Source: Fistulifera solaris
Lineage: Eukaryota
Direction of reading: 5' to 3'
Assembly: GCA_030295235.1 (NCBI GenBank)
Contig: AP026155.1
Coordinates: forward strand, 248,001-312,000
Length of the DNA stretch: 64,000 bases
Positions 26,920-37,114 of the stretch are shown piece after piece; within the stretch, counting starts at the first letter, position 1; the number at the start of each line of letters is the position of its first letter. Both the position numbers and the translations under genes were made by a program. The notes beneath the pieces were generated by a model that made no database searches, had not been told where the DNA came from, and worked only from the letters and a program-made list of their open reading frames with translations.

Positions 26920-27400
26920 TTAGTTCTTGTTGGCGCTTTTACATACTTCCACTGTTTCGGGTTTTTCTAGTTTCTCAACCGTTCGTTGTGTAATGGGTTC
27001 GACATGGGTCTGATCGTCTCCTACCGTATGCTCGGGCTTTATTTTCACCTCTGTCGTTAAAATAGAGAAAAAAGTATCCAATGATAAAAAAAGGTGAGTC
27101 TTTCGTGCATCCTTACCGAACGCGCACACACAATCTTCACGTACGATAATTTCCCGTCTCCTGGTTCAATTCACCCCGAACAATATGATGCCGTAACATA
27201 TCTTCGGCTTCATCCACCATGGTCATTAAACCTTCAAAATGATCTCCCACGGTAGGAACTGCCTTATTCTTGACGAATTCGGCTTTGATAGCCAGTCGAC
27301 TTTCCTCCATGGCACGCTGATCTCCGGCAAACAGATTTTTGCGGGCGCGGAACAGTCGACGATATCCGGATAAGACACGAGCTTTCGGTGCGAGTGACAT
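26920..27400 (-). CDS. LYR-motif protein (LYRM7/MZM1-like)
   Basis: VLSGYRRLFRARKNLFAGD...EFVKNK; intron 27051..27144. Confidence 0.75.
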
Positions 27401-27976
27401 GGAGCTAGCGGTATAAAAGGTAAGAAAAGGAAGATGGAGATGTAATCGATGGAGAGCGACTTCAGATAGTTTGCAATAAGTAGTTGTTGCCAGTAAATAA
27501 TAATAAATGCGTCTTTAATTTTCACGGCATATCGGGGGCCTCTGTCAGACTTGGTCATCCAGAAGATTCCAAATTCCCTGCTGGCACAATGCAAAGCCAC
27601 TAAGGACAAGTTTCAAAAAAAAATACTACAGTTAGGTACTCGTAGTACTTTGTACTTGCCTACAAGGTATGGCCGTAAAGGTAGCCTTAGTTAGGTATTA
27701 GGTACATACCGGTAATTGTACGGTGCGCTTGTCATAGTGTCTTTATCTGATCTATGGAGGAATCTATCAAGCGCGTTTTTTAAAGTCAAAGCGGCATTTC
27801 TTACAAACGAAGCCCCTGCTAACCCAATCCTGTAGAAAAGGTGACACGATCCGATCGCTGGAAATACATGCGTAAAGCTCAAAAGAACGATAATATGGAT
27901 ATATAGTTAGATCTAGCTAATTTAAATCAGGTCGTTTCAAGTTTTATCATGCAGATAATTGGATTAATTAAATTGT

Positions 27977-28779
27977 TTAGGATGGGACCAGCACGTAGAT
28001 ATCAAAGGAGTTGTACATAGCCGCCATCAATTCAGAGACATCCGATCCGAGATCGGTGTAAGGAAAAATGCTTTCCAAGCTCTCCCATAGCTCGTTCTCG
28101 GAAGAATGGATTCGTGCATACGCGCCGTTCGCGGCAAATTGTTGCGGACGCGGGTGGGTGTCGATCAATACACTTTTGATCCAGGAGATAGACAGACGAG
28201 GACTGTTTCGGGGGTCTTTGTTATCAAACAAGCAACCCATCCGGAAGAGGATTCCCGTATATAACGGAGCATTTCTGGTAAACCCAATGGACTACTGCGG
28301 TCGTGACACAAAACTCCTTGCCGAATGCCTCCCAAAAGCTGGAGCTGGGGGAAAATGCCCTTTTCTAAAATTTCTTCGGCCGAAAGGTGCTCCGCAGTGT
28401 TCTTCGAAAAATTTTGTTGATAGATTACCAATCCGTTTTGAATGACTTCTTCCAGGAAAGGAGCGTTGACGTGACTCACGGTGTCGTCATTGATTGTTGT
28501 GTTTAGCAAAAAGTTTCTAGCGGCGGATAAAGCCATGCAGGTACATCCCGATCGCCCATCCTCATATGAATACTGGCTTATATTTGAGTGAATCATTTGG
28601 ATAGTCGAAGAAGGAGAGGAATCATTAGTCCTTGTATCACTTGTTACAGTGCCGTGCATCAGGAGATAATTAGCTGCATTTTCAACTTGTCCATCGCAGA
28701 TTCGGAGCGCTTCCGACGCTGCTTCTACAGAGAATCCTAACGCCGTCAACAAGGAAATGGCATTTTCTATATCCGACAT
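27977..28779 (-). CDS. UBA domain plus herpes-tegument-like (VTD/C76-like) cysteine protease
   Basis: UBA (LTALGFS...ALRIC.GQVENAANYL); NISQY..GRSGCTCMAL; ITKTPET; LIDTHPRP after restoring one A at about 28175. Confidence 0.65.
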
Positions 28780-29098
28780 GGTTGCATGTTAAATTAAATT
28801 GCAAACGAAAGAAACAAATGACATCGCCTCCTCAGAAGAAGAAAAGGCAATTCTCTGATTGTGTCGTACCGGTAATTATCTATTGTCAAGCGTTTGTTCT
28901 TCATTGTGAAGCTGTTTTTCGTAGTTCTGCTCTCTAGAATGCCTTTCGTCGAACCAAATGATAATAAAAACTAGATTAGAATATAAAATAGACATCGGAT
29001 TATTTTGCTTAAATTTTGTATGGACAGGAGAACGACGTAACAAAGCAACTTTTTACAATCAAAAGATTGGCGCCAAGCCAAGAATAAATCACCTTTCT

Positions 29099-29984
29099 TC
29101 AGATTTTCTTTTCTTCGTCCTCTTCCTCGTCATCGTGTGAAATATCGTCCTGGTTCTTGACGCCCTTGATTTTATTTCGCTTCATCATGGATGCCAACAT
29201 CGGCTTGTCTTTCACAAAGAGATCGTGATAGTACGCGCCCTTACCACGACCCTCTGTGATGCGTTGAAAGTCATACAAGTTGAGCTGTCTTTGAAAGCTG
29301 GAAAAGCGACTCATGCGGAAGTATTTCGGCATTATAGTCTTGACAAAATCACGCGGCTTGTGGATGGCGAACGCTTTGCCGTGCGGAAGGAACGAAGCTA
29401 TCTCGCGACCTCCTTCCTGTCGTTCCAGTTCTTGAAGAATCTGATGAAGCTTTTGAGGAAAAGATCCAGAGCGTCCCTTGCGCTTGATCTCTGCAGGAGT
29501 TGCTTTATGCAGGATGCTTCCTGAGTCTTGCTGCTCGCGCAGATGCTGTGCTTGGAGAACGTTGGCAAGATCGCCCGCGTGATTAGGGAAGCGAAGATAC
29601 TCCCACACCAGGATCCGGGATGGTGGCTGCTCTAAGAGCTGCCAGTCGATCTAGGGAGCTGTTTTCGATTGGGAAGTTTTGCGGCTGCTGACGTTGAAGC
29701 AGCAGTGCTAGTGCATCTACTGGTGACCGTGCAGCAAGAGAAGCTAGACCATTTGAATCTGCGCCTAGGAGAGCGAGCTGATGAATGAGCAGGGCTTTCT
29801 GCCGTTCTTCGGCTTGCTGTTGAAGAACCAGCGAAGCAAGGATCGACGACATGTTGGGGTTGGCGGATGAAAGCCCGAGGCTTTCGCTGCCCCCCAATCC
29901 GAGGTACGATTGAACGGGAAGCATGCCTGCGTTGCGGTTGAGCAGAGCGGAGAGCTCGGCAGAAATGTTGTTTCGAATGTCCAT
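29099..29984 (-). CDS. Heat shock transcription factor (diatom-type HSF DNA-binding domain)
   Basis: SFPQKLHQIL, FLPHGKAFAIH, YFRMSRFSSFQRQLNLYDF; frameshift near 29605. Confidence 0.9.
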
Positions 29985-30550
29985 GAGGAAAAGCAATTTC
30001 GGCTATTAGATTGCGTTTTACCTGTTGTGAATGTCAATCACAGCTTGTTGTTGTCGTTGGATGGTACTTATGTCTAACTGATGGTTCGGTCGGGAAAACG
30101 TACGAAGGCCGAAAGGTGCAAAAGTTCGGCTCGAGGCAAGAATTTTTGCAACTTTCATTGCCCTCGGGCGTCCGGAGAACGCATCGGAAGTTCTATCTTC
30201 GTAACGTTGTACACTATTCCATATACAATCCAGCAACCGCTTCACCAACTTCGTTCAACTTCTCCGACTTTGGCTCCTGACGCGTGCCGCATTCCGAATC
30301 AGCGAAGAAGTGCGCTTAGAAAAGAAGAAAATCATCAAACTGTAGGGTAGGGATGGTGTAATCAGCATCTAGTGGAAACATACTATCGATTGAAACTAGG
30401 TTAGAGCCAGCCGAACAGCCTCCATCATCCCTCCAAAAGCGAAGACGTCCCGATTTTCTTCAAAATTCTGCCAGTTACATTTGAAGATTTGTTAACAAAA
30501 GGTCCAAAGTAAAGGTTCTCTGTTTCGAATAGATAAAGTTGTGGTTGTGG

Positions 30551-31207
30551 TACCAGATACCAGATACCAGGTACCAAAAGTTGAAAACGGAACATGAACT
30601 ATAGCGTTAGATGTACCGTATTGTTGGTTGGGAAAGAAAAGTAGTAGAGTAAGTTGATTCAGTACCTAGTACCTAGTAACGAGCTAGGTAAAGAATAAGT
30701 AGTCATCAGTCATCAATCATCATGAGGTCATTTTCACGAATCCGAACCTCGAACCTCGATAAACGCAAATTCGTAACTAAAGGTTGTCAAATACTACGGA
30801 GAAAATAAATCTTTCACCTTTCTCTAAACTCCGAAGAGCTTATTGCTTATTGCATGCTTTATTTATCACTCATCACTCCCTACTCTTTTTCTACGCCTAC
30901 TTCTGTCGGCTGTAGCCAAGTCCTCTCGTCTCTCGTCACTCGTTACTCGTTAAAGAGCTCTGAGTCTGATGAGCTCTCCAGCCTTTCAATTCCCAAGTCC
31001 CAAGGCAATACCATGTATTCGTGTTGAATTTACCTGGTACCAGGTACCAGGTATTGTGCCACAAACCACAATCTCAAATTGCGAAAAACAAGAAAAAAAT
31101 CATCCAATTTCGGATGTGCGAGGTGCCACGGGCCACGGATCACGATTACGGAATGCAAGTACGTTTTTTTGTGAAATCAGAAACAGGCCGCTCCGAACTC
31201 CGAACTC
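30551..31207. repeat. Cluster of about 11 unrelated 7-bp-period tandem repeats
   Basis: TACCAGA x3, AGTACCT x2, AGTCATC x3, CGAACCT x2, GCTTATT x2, TCACTC(A/C) x2, (C/T)(T/A)CTCGT x4, TCCCAAG x2, TACC(T/A)GG x3, GCCACGG x2, CTCCGAA x2. Confidence 0.85.
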
Positions 31208-31242
31208 TGTGGACTCTGGGACAGTGATATTTTCTGACATCT

Positions 31243-31323
31243 GGGAACGACGTTAAAATTCTGCCTCATCGTAGACGCTACGTAGAATGTTGTACTGGGA
31301 GGCAGAATTTTAACGTCCTTCCC
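31243..31323. mobile_element. 81-bp MITE-like element, copy 1
   Basis: 25-bp TIR GGGAACGACGTTAAAATTCTGCCTC with one mismatch; flanking direct repeat (C)TGACATC. Confidence 0.85.
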
Positions 31324-31600
31324 TGACATCGTCGGACCACACGTCGCACTCGCACGTCTTTTTTAGCCTCTTCCCTAAGTCTATGGCCATCAAGAGGATT
31401 TAGTCCGCCACTGCCCTCATTTTTTCTGGAGCGATAGACTTTGGGATACTCCGTATAAGATAAACGCATCTGGAAACAAGATATACATAATGCAACATTG
31501 CAAACTGTGCATTTTGAGAATAAATTTCAACTTCTCTGCGCTCTAGCATTTACGCCATATTACCCCACTGTTATTTCCCTTTTCATGGGAATTGCAAAGG

Positions 31601-33210
31601 TCATAACTGCTCTATCTTCGGTTTACACGAAGCAGATTTTGCCGCCAAAGAAAAACAAAGGGCACTTGACAGGTAGCCAAAGCAAACGCCCGAAGAAAGT
31701 AAAGCTGACAGTTCGTCGCTGTTTGCACCACCGGATTGACCGTAGAGGTATCCTAATATACTTGGCGCTAAATTTCCAATAGCGCCGGTCAAAGTAAACA
31801 TACCTTGGGCCGTGCCTCCGACCGTTGATCCAACCGCCGCCTGTAACGTGCTTATTGTTGGCCCGAACCAGCATTCAGCCACCTTAATTTGAATAAATGT
31901 TAGTTTTGTAGAAATCAGACGTGATAAACAAAATACTGTTGCCGAAAACTTACTAAATATTCAACAGCAAGCCAAGCCATCGCGGACTCAAATGGTATGT
32001 CGGGCTGTACTGCTAGAAACCATGCCGGTGCTGCTAGTATTGAGCCGATGACTGGCACCCACATCCGAACTCCCCCATTGTCCTGCACCTCTTGATCGGA
32101 AGCGCGAGATGAGAGCCAGTCAGCGGTTGCCCCACCCAGAATTCCGCTCATGGAAGCTATGCCAGCACTAATAAATGCCTGAGCAACCGCGTATTCTGTT
32201 TGAAAGTCGCTAAATTCCATTCTAAAGAAAGGAGCTGCCCACACTCCGATGCAAAGACCCGAAGAAAAGCGTAGAAAGCTGCCTAAGAAAATCCATCTGG
32301 CGCGCTCGGAGGACAGGACTGACGCTATATCCGATCCGATTTGTGAGAACTGATCGTCCGAATTAGTGTTAAGTGAAGAGCTTCCCTCTTTTGACCTGAG
32401 TTGCTTCTCTTGATTTCGTTCCGTATCATCATCTAATAAGAAAACGGTCAACGCTGTTGCAAAAATACCAAAGCCACCCACCACGTCTAGAGACGATCGC
32501 CAGCCGACCGACTCGTCCAGTAATAACGTCAATGACGACAATCCACTCGCGAGCGCGACTCCCGTTCCATAAATCGACGATGCCGTCGCTTGTCGATCGC
32601 GGGTGACACGGTCGCGCAGCAGCGTGTAAGCTGTCGGTGTCGAAAAGGCACACGCCAATCCCATCAACACTCGCCATCCCAGGACCAGTTCAAACGAATC
32701 CGCCAAGGAGGTTCCGATGGTGGCAGCCGACCACACGACGGCCGACGCTACGGTCAATTGCTTTCGATTAAAGCGATCTGCCGCGATACCCGCACCTAAA
32801 GAAGCTACGGCAAACAACGCTGTGAACGCCAATGAAGCCAACAGACCGTATTGCACTTGACTAAATCCAATGTCCACATTCATCGCCGAAAGGGCCTGGG
32901 CGTCGGCTGAAAAATCCACCAAATAATACAGTGATGATCGACTCCATTGGTTGGATATATAAATGAACCAGAGAGGTAAACAGCACTTCCAAAACCACGA
33001 GATCGATGGTTCGGGTGTGTCGTTCTTAATGACTTGTAAGCGCGTGCGAAGTCTTTTCGGAATCTGTTCGGCTACAAATGCTGAATGCCCGGGGACTTTT
33101 CCCAATGTAACAAGAGAAGGATATGTGGTTATCCTAGACTGAGGAACAAAGGAATAAACGTGTGTTCCGACGAGGAGTAAGCCCCACAAACCAAGTATAA
33201 GAGATTTCAT
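31601..33210 (-). CDS. MFS transporter, Spinster-like, with possible plastid presequence
   Basis: GIAADRFNRK motif A, WRVLMG, about 12 hydrophobic helices; intron 31883..31953. Confidence 0.88.
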
Positions 33211-33262
33211 GAATTCGTATATAAATCAATAGCTTGTGGCGGCTGGAGAATACGAAGCGGCT

Positions 33263-33290
33263 TTCTCTCTCTCTCTCTCTCTTCTCTTCC
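33263..33290. repeat. (CT)n microsatellite in the 5' region of the MFS gene
   Basis: ttctctctctctctctctcttctcttcc. Confidence 0.75.
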
Positions 33291-33639
33291 GTCTGATATA
33301 AGCAGGGACTGGCTCTATCGGCGGAGCAACTTTATGGAAGATCTCATTCGCCATCGTCGGACAGTGCAGGTTTCTTCGTATATTTTCACGTTTTTGTTTG
33401 CCAGTCCCGAATGGATCGTGACCGAGCAAATCCTACAAAGGAAGAACGAGCTGCTCATGTGAAGTACCTACCAATGAGTGACATGTATAGTTCTAAAATA
33501 GGTTTAATGACAAGCTAATCCAAAAATTGCGGCTTCTCGTAGACTTCAATATTAAAATAATGTTTCTACAAAAAAACATGAACTATAACCACGATCCACT
33601 AGAGTTGCAAGAGCAGTGATTGTCTAGCCGTCTCACTGC

Positions 33640-35403
33640 TTAATCTTCCTTATCTTCACCCTTGCGTTCCATGTTGCGCCATTTGTCCTTGATTTGCACC
33701 GTCGTGCGATTACGAAGTATCTCGGCGTACTCGTTTTTGATTTCGGCCCAACATCCCTTACCAAACTTTGCGACGCCTTTCTTCAAAGCGCCTATTTCAC
33801 GGTCCGACCAAGGACGACGCTTTTTCACTCTTCCGTCGGCAGTATAGACATCTTCGTCAGGTTCGGCTCCTCGATAGATTTTGACGTACATCTTCTTTCG
33901 CGGTGGCAGACCGCTTAATTCCAAGGGCCCGACCTCCTCTTGCTCGTCGTCTTCCACAATTTCTTCTTCTTCTTCTTCTTCGTTCCCATTGTCACCATGT
34001 TGTTCGTCCTCCTCGTGATCACTTCTTTCACGAACATGAACATCGCGAACGGGGACATCTTTGTCACGGCTACCTTCGTCACGGACACGAGCCCCTCTTG
34101 CCTGTGCGGCGATTCGGCGACTCTCTTCCAAAGGATCGTCACCGTGATACTTGTTCAGTATCTCGCGTTTCCGTTTGAGAGCTTGCAATCTACGTTCGGA
34201 CGCAGTGCGGGCGATGTAAGTTGAATCCGAATGGTAATCACCATCCGCCATGCGATACTTCTTCTTCACAAGAAACGGTCTATCACCAAAAATTTCCCTG
34301 TTCCATTCTTGAAGAAGCTTCTCTGCCATTTCCTGCAAGTAATGCAACGAAAAGTATTTTGTCTGGAGTATGTCCTTTAGCTCCGTCCATGGTTTGAGCT
34401 TGGCTCGACTGTTGAGACTTTCCGTGTCAAACAAGCTCAAGACTACGTCGTCGACACCCTCATATCTAGTGCCTTCCAAGAATTCACTGATGAAAAAGTG
34501 ACAAGGGAGGTAAGTCAGCGATAAAATCAAAAATGAGACTGCAAGGCGAGTCGTTGATACGTACAGAATATCATCAATGTCGGCTTGACGGACACTCGGT
34601 TCCTTCTGATTCGCCACGGCTACCTCAAGTCGTGCTCGGATGGGAGCAACAGCTTCCTGAATCTCAAATCGTTTTTGAAGACGGTCGTGGCTTCCTTTGA
34701 AAAGCTTCTCGCTCTCCCATTGAGGGTTTATGTCGTCGGGATTACAAAGCTTTCGAACAACCGCATCGTCAAGGTAAAAGTTCAACTTATTCTTTGTATC
34801 GTTTCGGATGGCCAAATCTCGCAAATTTTTGAACTCTGTCTTGATCTGTGACCAGTTGTTGCGGCTTAAAGAAATCATGGGCATGATGGTTTCTTCTTCT
34901 TCGTCGTCGTCATCATTATTATCATTATCTGTGGTACACGGGTACGGGCTTCCGATGCAAGTCGCAAAGACGCAGTTCGTGATCAGATAGCGAGCGTATA
35001 AGCTTCCAAACTCATGGTGTTTCATGGGATGAATTTGCCAGTATTCCTGTTTTCACAAATAGAATCTATAAGAAAAAGTAACACGACAGCAAGGATCCAG
35101 AGTGCGAAACGAGCTTACCTGAAAGGTATTATATAGTTCGAGGCGTTCCTCGCGCTCGGACATGAGCAGCCTTTCGGCATAATATTCCACCATGTCGGTT
35201 AAGCTTCCAATGAACTCATCACTGTAGGTCTTCGGATGTTCACTACCGGCTTCTTTTCCGCCTCCATTGTCACTTTGTGATGATTCCGAAGAATAATTGA
35301 TTTTGGATGGTGTGGTAGCCTCTTGCTTGCGGGGAGATCGTCTTAGGGGCGGTTTTTCTTTTCCTTGCTTGGATGGGGTCTTTTTGGAGCTGGATTTGGC
35401 CAT
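33640..35403 (-). CDS. TRF-like telomere-repeat-binding protein with C-terminal telobox Myb domain
   Basis: RRPWSDREIGALKKGVAKFGKGCWAEIK...RTTVQIKDKWRN; introns 35047..35118 and about 34487..34564. Confidence 0.8.
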
Positions 35404-35731
35404 CGTGGTATGGGTGTTGTCTCGTGTTTCTCGGAATTCACAACCCTAGCAACAGAAAATGACAATCTCTTAGGGTAACGAATGGGGGTTCGCAGGTCGC
35501 AAGTCGCAATGATGAATGCAGGACACAATATTTCACAAGCGTTGTGTTCGCAAACGGCCATTGCAGCCATGTCGTCACATCGTATGTAAGAAACGTCAAC
35601 AGTTGTCTTAGCCGTACAGTCACTTAGGAGAAAAAGAAAGGCACATAGGAAGTTGAAAGAACGTTACAATACAAAGTAAGCAGCAAAGCCGACTTTGAGC
35701 TAAATTGTAGCCTTGTCCCGGTACGGTACCC

Positions 35732-35812
35732 GGAAGGGACGTTAAAATTCTGCCTCCCAGTACAAGATTCTACGTAGCGTCCACGACAAGGCAGAATTTT
35801 AACGCCGTTTCC
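35732..35812. mobile_element. 81-bp MITE-like element, copy 2, inverted relative to copy 1
   Basis: Reverse complement nearly identical to 31243-31323; flanked by direct repeat (C)GGTACCC. Confidence 0.85.
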
Positions 35813-36030
35813 GGTACCCCGGTAGGTAGGTGTCCACCTACAAGTACGTAGGCACCACACTCTGTCACAAGTGTGACGGTGTGACGGCATGACAGCGCAG
35901 AAAGCGTGAAAGAAAACCTGTGAATCCGATGAAAAAAATAGCACCGCAAATCGGCAAAAGATATCGTAAAGGAGGCAAGGTTCAATAGAAGGACAACAAC
36001 AATAACGAAAACAACATTGTTACTACTAAC

Positions 36031-37047
36031 ATGGATCGGCAAACACGACGGACTGCTAATACGCAGCTGTCGCTCGACTCGATTCATGAAGGGCGCGTCG
36101 TCCGGATCGAAGATTATGGCGCGTTCGTACAGATCGGCGATCGGCGGGGGCTCGTTCACATTAGTCAGTTGGCTTCCATGAGAGTCGAAAGGGTAGCAGA
36201 TGTTGTTGAATTGAATGATAATGTATGGGTGAAGGTGATTGACGTGGAAGTTGCGGAAGGAGGACGCGACAAGTTACGTTTGACCATGAAGAATATACCC
36301 CAAGATGGCACAGCCATTGACGCGCAAGAGTCGGAACGACTTGCTCAAGGATTATCAAAAGGAATCGAGCAAAATTTGAACTCCACAATAGGCATAGCCG
36401 TGGCTCGGGATCCAATGGCAAAAGGCCTCATTCTCAAGCAATCGGGTGCACCAGCAAGAATTATAAATGGATACGCTCTGTTAGACGATGAGGAAGAAGA
36501 CCTTACGCCTTCTAATGTACTGGATGGAGAGCCCACAGACAACTTTAAAGAAAAGGTCGTTGAAGTCAAACCAATAGGAAGGGGGCGTGGGGCAACTTTG
36601 CCAGCCTGGATGGCTGCAGGTCAAGCGAAGAAAGAGTTCCATAGCAACAAGAAGCAATCCGATCGATCCAAAAAGAGCGACAAGAAAAAGAAACGGAAAA
36701 AGGAAAAAAGCCGTGGATCGAAAAAGCACTCAAAAGAAAGTCGGAAGAAAAGGCGACGGTCAGAGAGTACCGACAGTAGTGAATTATACAGGAAAGATAG
36801 ACAGCGTAGAAGAGGCTCGTCCAATCGCGATGATCGTAGACGGTATTCTAGCAGTTCTGATAGCTCAACTGACGACTCACAAAGTGAATCTGACCAACAT
36901 CGACGCCACTCGGGTCAGAGACGCCGGCGTGACGATACCCAGGATCGAGGACGAGCGACGGAGCCTTTTAGCAGTATAAACGACGCGAGACGTTTTGTGG
37001 AGCAAATGGAAGAAAGGAAAAGTCAAGGTAACAGCGGGGCTACGTAA
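36031..37047 (+). CDS. S1 RNA-binding domain protein with Lys/Arg/Ser-rich tail
   Basis: GRVVRIEDYGAFV..GLVHISQL...VWVKVIDV..LRLTMK; GRGRGATLPAWM. Confidence 0.85.
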   Translation: MDRQTRRTANTQLSLDSIHEGRVVRIEDYGAFVQIGDRRGLVHISQLASMRVERVADVVELNDNVWVKVIDVEVAEGGRDKLRLTMKNIPQDGTAIDAQESERLAQGLSKGIEQNLNSTIGIAVARDPMAKGLILKQSGAPARIINGYALLDDEEEDLTPSNVLDGEPTDNFKEKVVEVKPIGRGRGATLPAWMAAGQAKKEFHSNKKQSDRSKKSDKKKKRKKEKSRGSKKHSKESRKKRRRSESTDSSELYRKDRQRRRGSSNRDDRRRYSSSSDSSTDDSQSESDQHRRHSGQRRRRDDTQDRGRATEPFSSINDARRFVEQMEERKSQGNSGAT

Positions 37048-37114
37048 AATGATTATATGGAACTGGGACATTGTCAAAATCATTCCAGAGACTGCTGATC
37101 CATATACAAATCTA

